This document shows positions 9,742-20,585 of a stretch of DNA of 64,000 nt, piece after piece. The notes under the pieces were generated by a model, which did not search any database, was not told the DNA's origin, and was given only the letters and a program-made list of their open reading frames with translations. The position numbers and the translations under genes were made by a program. Within the stretch, counting starts at the first letter, position 1, and every line of letters starts with the position of its first letter. The stretch comes from Bacteroidales bacterium UBA5371 (GTDB lineage: Bacteria; Bacteroidota; Bacteroidia; Bacteroidales; P3), in contig DHPF01000017.1 of NCBI GenBank assembly GCA_002407855.1, positions 74,383 to 138,382 on the forward strand. The letters run 5' to 3'.

Positions 9742-12216
9742 CTAAAACTTTAATAGAAGATTCACTCTTATACCCCACTTCTCTCTTGATTCCAATCCTT
9801 CTGTATAGGTTATCCTACGCACATACTCCAATCCTATTACATTAAATAGATTTTGGAAACCAAATCCTGCTTCTACGTAAGGCATATTGGTGAATGTTTT
9901 AACGTTTTTGCCGTCTATCATAAAGAGGTTTTCTTCTCTTAAACCACCATAAGTCATCTTTAAATTTAGCTCTTCTCTTAGTTTGAGCTTTCTTATAAGT
10001 GGTATTCTGTTGAAGATAAGTCCGTTCAAATTATATATAGCAAACACTTGTACGTATTTGTCGGAGAAAAACTCCATTACACGCATTAGATTGAAAGCAC
10101 TCTGATGATAGAGTACGCTGTTATATGTTGTGCTTGTGAATAAATAGGGCGAAAGCATTTGTCCCCAGATATATCCTCCCTCTGCCCAAAACTGCATATA
10201 GCCAAGCATTGGTATATTTAGCTTTCTATACGCATTGGCTTTAAGCAGATGTGTTCCTTCAAAGCCATATTCGTAGTTGAGTCTTACTGATGTGGAATTG
10301 GCTCCAATGTTATATCTTCGTTTTTGGTTTTGTATCCACTTGCCATTAAGTACCATATTGATGTTTATTCCTACCCTATCGTAGCGGAAGCCTGTGATTT
10401 CTCTTCCATAAAGATTGGCAAAAGTCCAATCGCCATAGGCTTTAATTTCTTGGAACTTGATATAAGGATTAAAGCTTATGCCTTTGCGAGTTTCGTACAT
10501 CCATTGAAGCATTATTGATTTCTCAAAAGCCAATTTATAATCTACTATATCGGTTAGAGATATGGTTATGCGGTCGTAGTTGCTGTTGAAGATGGTTCTT
10601 CCTGGTATAAAGGTGTTGTAGGTATATTTTGCTCCTATGTAGTGAGCTGGGAAGGTGTAAGGGTTTTTGGCTGATTTATTAAAGCTATATTTAAGGTCTA
10701 AGTCGTATTTGAATTTCTTGTCTTTTGTTCCATATGCAAGCATCCAATCTAAGTACCAAGAGCGACTTAGTTTGTAGTTGGTTTTACCGCTAAAACGGAA
10801 CCTTCCTCCTTCTACCTTATTAAATGAAAACAAATTATCCATTGGCCCTATGTCTAATGGTCCTGCCAAAAGGTAGCCTCCATAGAAAATTTCTGAGAGG
10901 TATTTTGTTACTTTGAACCATGTAATTTTGTTAAGGCTATCAGGTAGAACGTATGCTTTTTGTTCTGCTTCTGTTAGTGGCGATAATCTATTTGAATCAT
11001 CTATTTCAATCTCCAAAAGTTCTTTTGACTTTTTCAATTGATATTGTTCAAAGTTTGGCTTTGAGTAGGTATTTATGCTATATCCGTAGGCTTTGATAAA
11101 GGTAAAAGTTCCTTTGGTGTAAACTGCGTCTTCGGTTATATATGTTATTTGTTTATTTTCTCCTTGTATATTAATGGTATCGGTTTTATACTTTTGGATA
11201 AACTCTATCTTGTCAATAAAGTTGAGATTTGCTCTTTCTGAAATGGAGAGCTTGGCACTAATTAGTTCGGCATTTGTATCGTTGGATATATATAGGTTTC
11301 CCATAAAACCAATATCGTAAAGGTTGCGAGGAATAAAAGCAAGCTGAATGCACTCTCTGTCTTCCATCATAAGGGTGTCTTCAATAAAGAACTTATAGAA
11401 CTGAGGGGAAAAACTATTAAATGGACTCATAAGTTGATGTCCTAATAGGTTGACGTATTTGTCGTATAGGTTTATTCTTTGAAAAATACTTGCCTTCATC
11501 TGTCTTACATCTTCCTCATTGACCATTTCGGTAAGGTTAATGTCTTTTATTGCCAAACGCTGCTCATCCAATTGTCCTGATTCCTTACAAAATATTTCTG
11601 ATAGTTCTTCAAAAAAGTAAATAGGTAAATAGTTTTCTGAGCCAAAATATGTGTGCTCTAATCCTGTCATAAGGTTAAGTACAGGTTTGAGCTTCATTCT
11701 TGCAAGTACAGTGTCATTAACGGGGTCTAAGGCAATAAGAGATTTGTTGTGTGAGCTATAATGTAAAGGACAATATTGCAAAATTGAGTTCTTGTCTCTA
11801 TTCTCAATTACTTTTCTTATTAAGTCTACTGCTGGATTATTTTTGTTTGAGTATTTCTCTTTCTTAGCTGTAATTACTACTTCCTTTAATTGTGCAGTAT
11901 GAGGTTCAAGAATAATTTTAATTGTTTTGGTTTTAATGAAGCGGATTGATTTCATCGCTGGCTTATAAGCTATATGAGAAATCTTTAAACTATCAATGCC
12001 ATCAGGGACTGTTATTGTGAAATATCCATTATCATCACTTGTTATCCCTTTTGCAAATCCATCAACAACATAACTAACTGTTGCACGAAAGACTCCTTGC
12101 TTGTTTGATGCGTCAATTATTTGTCCGTTAAAAGTTCTTGATTGGCTCAACCCCAATAAAGAAATAGTAGAAAACACTAAAAAGAAGATTATGCTATGTA
12201 TGTATGTCTTATTCAT
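9742..12216 (-). CDS. outer-membrane protein with N-terminal CarboxypepD_reg-like domain (DUF5686-like)
   Basis: 824 aa with signal peptide, an N-terminal beta-sandwich segment (FNGQIIDASNKQGVFRATV), and a long beta-rich C-terminal part ending in F. Confidence 0.7.
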   Translation of the reverse strand: MNKTYIHSIIFFLVFSTISLLGLSQSRTFNGQIIDASNKQGVFRATVSYVVDGFAKGITSDDNGYFTITVPDGIDSLKISHIAYKPAMKSIRFIKTKTIKIILEPHTAQLKEVVITAKKEKYSNKNNPAVDLIRKVIENRDKNSILQYCPLHYSSHNKSLIALDPVNDTVLARMKLKPVLNLMTGLEHTYFGSENYLPIYFFEELSEIFCKESGQLDEQRLAIKDINLTEMVNEEDVRQMKASIFQRINLYDKYVNLLGHQLMSPFNSFSPQFYKFFIEDTLMMEDRECIQLAFIPRNLYDIGFMGNLYISNDTNAELISAKLSISERANLNFIDKIEFIQKYKTDTINIQGENKQITYITEDAVYTKGTFTFIKAYGYSINTYSKPNFEQYQLKKSKELLEIEIDDSNRLSPLTEAEQKAYVLPDSLNKITWFKVTKYLSEIFYGGYLLAGPLDIGPMDNLFSFNKVEGGRFRFSGKTNYKLSRSWYLDWMLAYGTKDKKFKYDLDLKYSFNKSAKNPYTFPAHYIGAKYTYNTFIPGRTIFNSNYDRITISLTDIVDYKLAFEKSIMLQWMYETRKGISFNPYIKFQEIKAYGDWTFANLYGREITGFRYDRVGININMVLNGKWIQNQKRRYNIGANSTSVRLNYEYGFEGTHLLKANAYRKLNIPMLGYMQFWAEGGYIWGQMLSPYLFTSTTYNSVLYHQSAFNLMRVMEFFSDKYVQVFAIYNLNGLIFNRIPLIRKLKLREELNLKMTYGGLREENLFMIDGKNVKTFTNMPYVEAGFGFQNLFNVIGLEYVRRITYTEGLESREKWGIRVNLLLKF

Positions 12217-12321
12217 AAAATATCTATAAAGGTAATTTATAGCACGTAATCAAATATCATTCCAAACTATTATATTTTCTTATTTTTATTAATTACAACG
12301 TTTTTTTTGTAACATTATTTG

Positions 12322-12329
12322 TACTTTTG
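12322..12329 (+). promoter_or_regulatory. -7 promoter box TACTTTTG upstream of ansA
   Basis: TAnnTTTG match 29 nt upstream of the ATG at 12358. Confidence 0.55.
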
Positions 12330-12357
12330 TACTTTATTCTTTGAAAGAACATTTTTT

Positions 12358-13368
12358 ATGAAGAGAATTTTAGTAATCTACACCGGAGGAACAATCGGTA
12401 TGGTTAAAGATAAAGAAACAGGAGCCCTTCTACCTTTTGATATGTCAAAGATTTATGAAGCATTGCCTGTTTTGCGAGAATTTAATTGCGAATTGGATTC
12501 TTTTCGTTTAGACCCTATAATAGATTCTTCTAATATGAGTCCTGAGTATTGGATTAGATTGGTAGAAGTTATTGAGAAGAATTACCAAAGCTATGATAGT
12601 TTTATTGTTTTGCACGGAACCGATACTATGTCTTATACTGCTTCGGCTTTAAGTTTTATGTTGGAGAACTTAGCAAAGCCAATTATTCTTACGGGTTCTC
12701 AATTGCCTTTGGGAATGATTCGTACTGACGGAAGAGAAAACATAATTGGAGCTGTGGAGATTGCTTCAAACGATAGTGTTTGTATTCCTGAGGTTTGCAT
12801 TTTCTTTGAAGATAGATTGTATAGAGGAAATCGGACAACCAAAATCAATGCTGACTATTTTGAAGCGTTCTACTCAGGCAACTATCCTTCGCTTGCAAAG
12901 GTCGGGATTAATATTTCATATAAGCAACATCTTTTCTTGGATACTCCTTTGCAACCTTTCAAAACTTATAAGAAACTTGACAATAATATAGCATTAATTA
13001 AGTTATTCCCCGGAATAAAAGAAGATTATTTCAGAGCTATGCTTTCAATGAAAGGATTGCGAGCAGTAGTTTTGGAAACGTTTGGCTCAGGTAATGCTCC
13101 AACTGAAAAATGGTTTATTGATATTTTGAAACAATCTATTGATAGAGGGATAATTGTTTATAACGTTACTCAGTGTAAGGCAGGTTCAGTTGTTATGGGA
13201 CACTACGAGACTTCGGCTCATTTAGCAGAGGTTGGGGTTATAAGTGGTCATGATATAACAACTGAATCGGCAATTGCTAAACTTATGTTTTTGTTTGGTA
13301 ATTTTGAAGATAAGAAACTAATTATTGAAATGTTATCTTCTTCATTAAGAGGAGAGCTTTCAATTTAA
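12358..13368 (+). CDS. ansA: L-asparaginase, type I
   Basis: VIYTGGTIGM active-site motif and HGTDTM. ATG at 12358 is preferred over the TTG at 12319. Confidence 0.9.
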   Translation: MKRILVIYTGGTIGMVKDKETGALLPFDMSKIYEALPVLREFNCELDSFRLDPIIDSSNMSPEYWIRLVEVIEKNYQSYDSFIVLHGTDTMSYTASALSFMLENLAKPIILTGSQLPLGMIRTDGRENIIGAVEIASNDSVCIPEVCIFFEDRLYRGNRTTKINADYFEAFYSGNYPSLAKVGINISYKQHLFLDTPLQPFKTYKKLDNNIALIKLFPGIKEDYFRAMLSMKGLRAVVLETFGSGNAPTEKWFIDILKQSIDRGIIVYNVTQCKAGSVVMGHYETSAHLAEVGVISGHDITTESAIAKLMFLFGNFEDKKLIIEMLSSSLRGELSI

Positions 13369-13372
13369 TTTT

Positions 13373-14374
13373 ATGATAATGGAGTATAAAAAGATTTTTA
13401 ATCAGTTTAATGATTTGAATATCCTAATCATTGGGGATATAATGATAGATTCTTACATGTGGGGAAAGGTTGAAAGAATTTCACCCGAAGCACCTGTGCC
13501 TATTGCAACAATATCCAAAACAGAAGATAGGTTAGGAGGAGCTGCTAATGTGGCTTTAAATATTAGAGCAATGGGGGCTAATCCTATTTTATGCTCTGTT
13601 GTCGGCTCAGACCCTAAATCCAAGACATTAATTTCCTTAATGAAGAAACTAAATATGGTTAAGGAGGGAATTTTGTTTTCAAAAGAGAGAGAGACAACCG
13701 TTAAAACAAGAATCTTAGGCAACAAAATACAAATGCTAAGAGTTGATCAGGAGATAACTTCTCCTTTATCAGATAATGATGAAAAAGAATTTCTTAAATC
13801 CATCTTTACAATATTGGAAAAGAAGAAGATTGATGCAATTATATTTCAAGATTACGATAAAGGAGTGATAACTCCGAATGTTATTACAGAGGTTGTTAAA
13901 GTTGCAAAGAAAAAGAATATCCCAACAGCTGTTGATCCAAAGAAAAGAAACTTCTTAGCCTATAAACAAGTTACTTTATTTAAACCAAACCTTAAAGAAC
14001 TCAAAGAGGGATTGAAGATAGAATTTGACTTGCCTTCAATGGATAATTTAGTTGATGCTTCCAATCTTTTACAGCATAGACTGAAGGCTCAAATGATATT
14101 TATAACTTTGAGTGAGAATGGAGTATTTATTGCCGATTATAACTTAAAATATAAGAATATGGCAATTGTTCCTGCACATCATAGGGCTATTTCTGATGTT
14201 TCAGGGGCAGGAGACACAGTTATTAGTGTTGCTTCTTTGTGCTTGGCTTTAAAGCTTCCATTTAAAACAATTGCAGAAATATCAAATATTGCAGGAGGAT
14301 TAGTTTGTGAGCAGGTAGGAGTTGTTCCAATTAATAAAGCTCTACTTCTAAGTGAGGTTTGTAATAAATTATAA
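13373..14374 (+). CDS. rfaE: D-glycero-beta-D-manno-heptose-7-phosphate kinase (RfaE domain I, PfkB family)
   Basis: LIIGDIMIDSYMWGKVERISPEAPVP and GAGDT motifs; 333 aa, kinase domain only. Confidence 0.8.
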   Translation: MIMEYKKIFNQFNDLNILIIGDIMIDSYMWGKVERISPEAPVPIATISKTEDRLGGAANVALNIRAMGANPILCSVVGSDPKSKTLISLMKKLNMVKEGILFSKERETTVKTRILGNKIQMLRVDQEITSPLSDNDEKEFLKSIFTILEKKKIDAIIFQDYDKGVITPNVITEVVKVAKKKNIPTAVDPKKRNFLAYKQVTLFKPNLKELKEGLKIEFDLPSMDNLVDASNLLQHRLKAQMIFITLSENGVFIADYNLKYKNMAIVPAHHRAISDVSGAGDTVISVASLCLALKLPFKTIAEISNIAGGLVCEQVGVVPINKALLLSEVCNKL

Positions 14375-14407
14375 GAAATCTAATCAGAATAATTAAAAAG
14401 AAAGAAT

Positions 14408-15565
14408 ATGAACAATTTTGTGTTTTATAATCCTACTAAAATAGTTTTTGGGAAGGATACCATTAAGAAACTTAATAAGTTAATCCCTCAGGAGAGTAGT
14501 GTTTTGATAACATATGGAGGTGGAAGCATTAAAAGAAATGGAGTTTACGAACAAGTAAAGCAAGCCTTAGGTAGTAGAAAAGTTTTTGAGTTTGGCTCAA
14601 TTGAGCCTAATCCTCATTACGAAACTTGTATGAAATGTGTTGATTATATAAGGGAAAACAATATTGATTTTGTGCTTGCTGTTGGAGGAGGTAGTGTGAT
14701 TGATGCAACAAAATTTATTGTAGCAGCATATTACTATGAGACAGAAGATAAATGGGAGATTTTAGAGACTAATGGGCAATATATCAAAAAAGCATTGCCT
14801 TTTGGAACTGTTTTAACCCTTCCAGCAACGGCTTCTGAGATGAATAATGGAGCTGTGATTACAAAGAAAGCAACATTAGAAAAGAGAGCATTTCATAGCA
14901 ATTATGCTTTCCCTAAATTTTCCATTTTAGACCCTCAAACAACATTTACTTTACCTGAAAAACAGATTTCAAACGGAATAGCTGACACTTTTGTTCACGT
15001 AATGGAACAGTACTTAACCTATCCTGTAAGAAATCAAATTTCAGATAGATTTGCAGAAAGTATTATTATTACTTTGCTTGAAGAAGCTCCAAAGGTTTTT
15101 GCTAATACTATGGATTATGATGTTAGGGCAAACTTGATGTGGGCTGCAACAATGGGCTTAAATGGTTGGATTGCCTGTGGAGCTGTTCAAGATTGGGCAA
15201 CTCATATGATAGGACACGAGCTTACAGCTTTTCATAACATTGACCATGGAACAACTCTTTCAATTGTTCTTCCTGGTGTAATGAAAATTCAAAGAGAAGA
15301 AAAGGGAGAGAAAATAATTCAGTTTGGAGAGAGAGTTTTTGGGATTAAAGAGGGAGAAAAACAAGAGATAATAACTAAAACAATTGAAGAAGTAGAAAAG
15401 TTTTTTAAGTCTATACATATTCCTACACGTCTTTCTGAGGTTGGATTAGATGAGAAGTGCATTGAACCTATTGTTCAAAGAATTAAAGATAGAAACTGGT
15501 CATTGGGAGAGAACGGCACAATTAATTATGAAAAAGTTCGTTTAATCCTCTTAGACAGGTTATAG
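14408..15565 (+). CDS. iron-containing alcohol dehydrogenase (YqhD/butanol dehydrogenase-like)
   Basis: 385 aa with GGGSVIDATK and a His-rich metal site (HMIGHELTAFHNIDHG). Confidence 0.85.
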   Translation: MNNFVFYNPTKIVFGKDTIKKLNKLIPQESSVLITYGGGSIKRNGVYEQVKQALGSRKVFEFGSIEPNPHYETCMKCVDYIRENNIDFVLAVGGGSVIDATKFIVAAYYYETEDKWEILETNGQYIKKALPFGTVLTLPATASEMNNGAVITKKATLEKRAFHSNYAFPKFSILDPQTTFTLPEKQISNGIADTFVHVMEQYLTYPVRNQISDRFAESIIITLLEEAPKVFANTMDYDVRANLMWAATMGLNGWIACGAVQDWATHMIGHELTAFHNIDHGTTLSIVLPGVMKIQREEKGEKIIQFGERVFGIKEGEKQEIITKTIEEVEKFFKSIHIPTRLSEVGLDEKCIEPIVQRIKDRNWSLGENGTINYEKVRLILLDRL

Positions 15566-15574
15566 AACTAAAAA

Positions 15575-16282
15575 ATGAGAAGATTAATCTTATTATTACT
15601 TGTATTATTTACTTTTGCGTTTAGTGGGTTTGCTCAAAGAAGACCTCCTAATTTGCCTCAATACGATGAGACCTTAATTCACTTTGGGGCTTTAATAGGA
15701 TATAATCAATTCTCTTCGCTTCTAAAAGTCAAGGAGCCTGTTCCCGACCCTGATAAAGTTGTTGGAATGAATAATGAGTTCCAACATGGATTTCAGATTG
15801 GGGTAATAGGCGATTTGAAAGTTTTTGAATACTTACGCCTTAGACTTACTCCCACTCTTTCGTTTGGAGATAGAAAGTTTAATTATAATATAATTGATAA
15901 GCAAGGACAATACACAACCTTATCTACAAATATAGAAGCCATCTATTTAGAAACTCCTTTGGAGTTAAAGATACAATCTAAACGTTGGAGAGATTTCCGT
16001 CCATATGTAATTGCAGGTGGTAAGCATGCCTACGATTTAGCGTCTTTGAAAACCAAGAAAATTGCAGAAGAAGACTTACTTCTAAGGGTTAATAATCACG
16101 ATTGGATGTACACCTTTGGGGCTGGATTTGATTTTTATCTACCATATTTTAAGTTTGGTATAGAGTTGAAATCGTCTTTTAGCATTTACGATATGCATAT
16201 TTCCGAAGCACATAAGCCTTATTCCAATATCATAGACCAATACAGAACAAGGATATTCTATATTACCCTCACCTTTGAATAG
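15575..16282 (+). CDS. outer-membrane beta-barrel protein (PorT-like family)
   Basis: 235 aa with signal peptide and an alternating beta-strand pattern; size and composition typical of PorT-type barrels. Confidence 0.55.
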   Translation: MRRLILLLLVLFTFAFSGFAQRRPPNLPQYDETLIHFGALIGYNQFSSLLKVKEPVPDPDKVVGMNNEFQHGFQIGVIGDLKVFEYLRLRLTPTLSFGDRKFNYNIIDKQGQYTTLSTNIEAIYLETPLELKIQSKRWRDFRPYVIAGGKHAYDLASLKTKKIAEEDLLLRVNNHDWMYTFGAGFDFYLPYFKFGIELKSSFSIYDMHISEAHKPYSNIIDQYRTRIFYITLTFE

Positions 16283-16300
16283 GAATTAAAAATTACAAGT

Positions 16301-17872
16301 ATGATAAAAGAAATAGAACTAAATGTATTGCCTGAACAATTAGTTAATGAAGATATATTAAAAAGGACTATTGCAAAGAAAACAGGCATTACATTAGACT
16401 ATGTTTTAAGTGTTGAGCTCAAACGTAAGAGTATTGATGCAAGAAAACAGCCTGTTAGTTATAGAATAAAGGTTGAGCTAAACATAAAAACAAAAGATAA
16501 TCAGAATTTAGAGCCTATTAAAGAACTTAGCTCAGAAAGAAGATACAAAGACGTAAGCAAAGCAAAAAAAGTAATTGTTATTGGAGCTGGGCCTGCGGGA
16601 TTGTTTGCAAGTTTGAAGCTTATTGAAAAGGGGTTAAAGCCTATAATTCTTGAAAGAGGCAAACCTGTAAGCCAAAGAAAGAAAGATACAGCACAAATAA
16701 TTAAGTCAAAAGAGATAATTCCTGAATCAAATTGGTGTTTTGGAGAAGGAGGAGCTGGCACATTCTCCGATGGAAAACTCTATACTCGTTCCAATAAGAG
16801 AGGAGATATAAATGAGGTATTGGATATTTTTATTGAGCATGGAGCCGATAAAGATATAAAGACAGAAGCTCATGCACATATTGGAACCGATAGACTTTCA
16901 CCTATAATTAAGAATATCAGAAAAACAATAGAGCAGTTTGGAGGAGAATATCATTTTGACACAAAGGTGGTTGATTTTATTGTAAAAGACAACAAAATAA
17001 AAGGAGTTATAACTCAAAATGATGAAAAGATAGAGTCTGATTATGTAGTTTTGGCAACAGGGCATAGTGCAAGAGATATTTACTATCTATTTAACCGAAA
17101 GAATTGGCTTTTGGAAGCAAAACCTTTTGCAATGGGAGTTAGAATAGAGCACCCACAAGAATTGATAAATCAAATACAGTATCACTCACATAATTATTCT
17201 AAACTTCTACCACCAGCAACCTATTCCTTAGCTTATAATTATAAGGGAAGAGGAGTTTTTTCCTTTTGTATGTGTCCCGGAGGTATGATTGTTCCTTCGG
17301 CAACTAATCCCGATGAATTGGTTGTCAATGGAATGTCTAACACTTTGCGTAACTCCCCTTTTGCAAATTCAGGAATGATCGTAAGCATTAATAAAGAGGA
17401 TGTAAAAGATTATTCTGAATATGGAGAATTGGCTTTATTAAAGTTTCAAGAAGCCCTTGAACATAAAATGTTTAAAGCAGCACAAAACAGCATAGCCGCA
17501 CCCTCACAACGATTGACTGATTTCTTAAAAAACAAGCCCTCCTCTGCCCTTAGTCCTAATTCCTATTTATGTGGAACTATTCCAACGGATTTGAACAAAA
17601 TACTCCCTAAATTTATGACTGAAACTCTTAAAGAAGGCTTTAAAAATTTTGAAAGGAAGATGAAAGGGTTTATTTGCCAAGAAGCCAATCTCATAGGCTT
17701 GGAATCGAGAAGTTCGTCGCCAATAAGGATTCCAAGAGACAAAGACACACTTGAACATATTCAAATTGCAGGACTTTATCCTTGTGGTGAAGGCTCTGGT
17801 TATGCAGGAGGTATAACATCAAGTGCTATGGATGGCATTAATGTTGCTCAAAAAATTTCACAAACATTATAA
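16301..17872 (+). CDS. NAD(FAD)-dependent dehydrogenase/oxidoreductase (COG2509-like)
   Basis: 523 aa with Rossmann motif VIVIGAGPAGLFAS. Confidence 0.8.
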   Translation: MIKEIELNVLPEQLVNEDILKRTIAKKTGITLDYVLSVELKRKSIDARKQPVSYRIKVELNIKTKDNQNLEPIKELSSERRYKDVSKAKKVIVIGAGPAGLFASLKLIEKGLKPIILERGKPVSQRKKDTAQIIKSKEIIPESNWCFGEGGAGTFSDGKLYTRSNKRGDINEVLDIFIEHGADKDIKTEAHAHIGTDRLSPIIKNIRKTIEQFGGEYHFDTKVVDFIVKDNKIKGVITQNDEKIESDYVVLATGHSARDIYYLFNRKNWLLEAKPFAMGVRIEHPQELINQIQYHSHNYSKLLPPATYSLAYNYKGRGVFSFCMCPGGMIVPSATNPDELVVNGMSNTLRNSPFANSGMIVSINKEDVKDYSEYGELALLKFQEALEHKMFKAAQNSIAAPSQRLTDFLKNKPSSALSPNSYLCGTIPTDLNKILPKFMTETLKEGFKNFERKMKGFICQEANLIGLESRSSSPIRIPRDKDTLEHIQIAGLYPCGEGSGYAGGITSSAMDGINVAQKISQTL

Positions 17873-17930
17873 GTTATTTCGCAAAAGGCAAACTCCTAAA
17901 AATTAATTTCATAAATTATGATTATTGGAA

Positions 17931-18000
17931 CTTGATTCTAATTTTTTGTCTTTTGATTCTAATAAATTGTAATCAAGAGATAATTTTTTAGAATCAAGTT
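17931..18000. repeat. family-A array, 2 forward cores (17931, 17952) facing 2 reverse cores (17967, 17988)
   Basis: 21-bp spacing within each half; symmetric head-to-head arrangement. Confidence 0.85.
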
Positions 18001-18079
18001 TTAGAGTAAGGTCTGATTGTTTTAAATCACTAATCCGACATTAATCCATTTGGTTTGTAGGTTTTAAGGATTTTTATTG

Positions 18080-18087
18080 TAATTTTG
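18080..18087 (+). promoter_or_regulatory. -7 promoter box TAATTTTG upstream of deaD
   Basis: TAnnTTTG match 28 nt upstream of the ATG at 18115. The track start TTG at 18085 lies inside this box. Confidence 0.55.
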
Positions 18088-18114
18088 CAGATTAATATTA
18101 CTAATAAAATTTAT

Positions 18115-19893
18115 ATGACATTTAAAGAATTGGGCATTAGTCCAGAAATCCTCAAAGCCATTACTGAACTCGGTTTTGAAAATCCCATGCCCGTTCAAGC
18201 AGAAACTTTACCCGTACTCCTAAGTCAAGATGTGAATCTTGTAGCTTTGGCACAGACAGGTACGGGCAAAACAGCAGCCTTTGGGTTGCCTATGATCCAA
18301 AAAATGGATTACTACAACAAAAACACAGAAGTATTAGTTCTTTGTCCTACACGAGAACTTTGCATGCAGATTGCAAAAGATTGTAAGAATTATGCTAAAT
18401 ATATTGATGGTTGTTCTATTTTGCCTGTCTATGGTGGTGCAAGTATTGATGCTCAAATCCGTTCCTTGAAAAAGGGAGTTAAGATGATTGTTGCCACTCC
18501 TGGAAGAATGAACGACCTAATTAATAGAGGAAAGGTTGATATTTCCAAACTCAAATATGTTATCTTAGATGAGGCTGACGAAATGCTGGATATGGGCTTT
18601 AAGGATGATTTAGATAATATCCTTGCTCAAACCCCTGATGAGAAACACACGCTTTTGTTTTCTGCAACTATGCCTAAGGAAGTTGAAAATATAGCAAAAG
18701 ACTATATGACTGACCCTGTACGCATTCAAATTGGAACAAGAAATCAGGGAGCTGATAATGTGTCGCATTTCTTCTATTTGGTTCACGCTAAGGATAGGTA
18801 TTTGGCTCTCAAACGCATTGCAGACTATTATCCTAATATATATTCAATAATTTTTTGTCGCACAAAGATTGAAACGCAAGAAGTTGCAGATATGTTAATT
18901 CGTGATGGATATAATGCAGATAGTCTTCATGGTGATTTATCGCAAGCCCAAAGGGACCATGTTATGAATAGGTTTCGTTGTAAGAATATTCAGATGTTGG
19001 TGGCTACTGATGTTGCGGCAAGGGGTTTAGATGTTAATAACTTAACTCATGTTATTAATTATAATCTTCCTGATGAGCTGGAACAATATGTTCATCGTAG
19101 CGGACGAACAGGAAGAGCTGACAAAATGGGTATCTCTATTGCCATTATCAATTTGAGAGAGCAGCATAAGATAAGAGAGATAGAGCGTCAGATAAAGAAA
19201 GAATTTACTAAGGCAAACATACCTACGGGAAAGGAGGTGTGTGAGAAGCAACTTTTCAATATGATTGACAAGGTTGAAAACGTTGATGTGAATTACTCAG
19301 AGATTGAAACCTTTTTGCCTGATATTATGAAGAAATTGGAATGGATGGATAAGGAGGAACTTATTCGTAAATTTGTTTCTTTGGAATTTAATCGCTTCTT
19401 AGAGTATTATAGAGGTGCTCCCGATTTAAACGTTGATGAATCAAAGCAAAGCAAAAAAGAGGATTCTCGCAAGAAAGACAGAAAAGGCAGTAAGGGCGGA
19501 AGATTTACACGTTTGTTTATAAGCATTGGTCATAAGGATAAGATTGTACCTCAACGTTTGATTGGTATGATTAATGACTATACTCACGATAGACATATTG
19601 AGATTGGGAAAATAGATATTTTAGATAATTTCTCTTATGTTGAGATTGGAGAAGATAAGGCTCAAAGGGTTATTGAAGCTTTTGAAGATAAATTTATTAA
19701 GGGTCGCCCTATAACTGTTGAGCTTGCAGAGGCTAAGGGAAGTTCTTCAAGAGGCAGAAGAGACGATAGAAGAAATGGTTCAAAGGATAGAAGAAGAGAC
19801 GAAAGGAGAAGAAGTGATAGAACAACAGATAGGAAATCAAGCGATAGAAGAAGTGATTCTCGTAAGAGAGGAAGTGATAGGAAGAGATATTAA
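18115..19893 (+). CDS. deaD: DEAD-box ATP-dependent RNA helicase (DeaD/CsdA type) with DbpA-like domain and Arg/Asp/Ser-rich tail
   Basis: AQTGTGKT, DEAD, SAT and HRSGRTGR motifs. Confidence 0.9.
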   Translation: MTFKELGISPEILKAITELGFENPMPVQAETLPVLLSQDVNLVALAQTGTGKTAAFGLPMIQKMDYYNKNTEVLVLCPTRELCMQIAKDCKNYAKYIDGCSILPVYGGASIDAQIRSLKKGVKMIVATPGRMNDLINRGKVDISKLKYVILDEADEMLDMGFKDDLDNILAQTPDEKHTLLFSATMPKEVENIAKDYMTDPVRIQIGTRNQGADNVSHFFYLVHAKDRYLALKRIADYYPNIYSIIFCRTKIETQEVADMLIRDGYNADSLHGDLSQAQRDHVMNRFRCKNIQMLVATDVAARGLDVNNLTHVINYNLPDELEQYVHRSGRTGRADKMGISIAIINLREQHKIREIERQIKKEFTKANIPTGKEVCEKQLFNMIDKVENVDVNYSEIETFLPDIMKKLEWMDKEELIRKFVSLEFNRFLEYYRGAPDLNVDESKQSKKEDSRKKDRKGSKGGRFTRLFISIGHKDKIVPQRLIGMINDYTHDRHIEIGKIDILDNFSYVEIGEDKAQRVIEAFEDKFIKGRPITVELAEAKGSSSRGRRDDRRNGSKDRRRDERRRSDRTTDRKSSDRRSDSRKRGSDRKRY

Positions 19894-19937
19894 TAAGTAA
19901 GTATTAAGTATTTGATTGATTAAAAATAATTGAAGAT

Positions 19938-20579
19938 ATGATTTTAGCTCCATCTTTATTATCTGCCGATTTTGGCAATTTGAAAAAGGATATTGAATTA
20001 GTGAATGAAAGCAAGGCTGATTGGTTTCATATTGACGTTATGGACGGAGCATTTGTTCCTAACATAAGTTTTGGTCAGCCTGTTATAAAGTGCATCAAGA
20101 AGTATGCAACAAAACCTTTGGATGTTCACTTAATGATTGTTGATCCTGATAGATACTTTGAAGATTTTAAGAAGGTGGGAGCCGATATTCTTACTGTGCA
20201 TTACGAGGCTTGCCGTCATTTAGACAGAAGTATTGCTTCCATAAAACAATTGGGAATGAAAGCAGGAGTTGTTTTAAATCCTCATACTCCCATTTCTGTT
20301 TTGGAAGATATAATTCAAGAATGCGATATGGTGTTGCTTATGAGTGTTAATCCAGGGTTTGGTGGGCAAAGTTTTATTGAAAACACTTATAATAAGATTA
20401 TTCAATTGAAGGAATTGATTAAAAGAAAAAGTCCTAATTGTTTAATTGAAGTTGATGGAGGAGTAAGTTTGAGTAACTACAAAAAACTTATTGCTCTTGG
20501 GGCTGATGCTTTGGTTGCAGGCAATGCTATTTTTGGTTCTGAGAATCCTATTGAAACAATAAACTTATTTAAGAGTTAA
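19938..20579 (+). CDS. rpe: ribulose-phosphate 3-epimerase
   Basis: 213 aa with the typical RPE N-terminus (PSLLSADF, HIDVMDG) and C-terminal DGG. Confidence 0.9.
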   Translation: MILAPSLLSADFGNLKKDIELVNESKADWFHIDVMDGAFVPNISFGQPVIKCIKKYATKPLDVHLMIVDPDRYFEDFKKVGADILTVHYEACRHLDRSIASIKQLGMKAGVVLNPHTPISVLEDIIQECDMVLLMSVNPGFGGQSFIENTYNKIIQLKELIKRKSPNCLIEVDGGVSLSNYKKLIALGADALVAGNAIFGSENPIETINLFKS

Positions 20580-20585
20580 TACTTT

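Noticed and set aside
19718-19893. Arg/Asp/Ser-rich tail of the DEAD-box helicase (RRDDRRNGSKDRRRDERRRSDR...) and the alternative-frame ORF 19718-19900
   Set aside because: Basic low-complexity C-terminal tails are common in DeaD/CsdA-type helicases. The overlapping ORF is a frame-shifted reading of the same purine-rich repeat.
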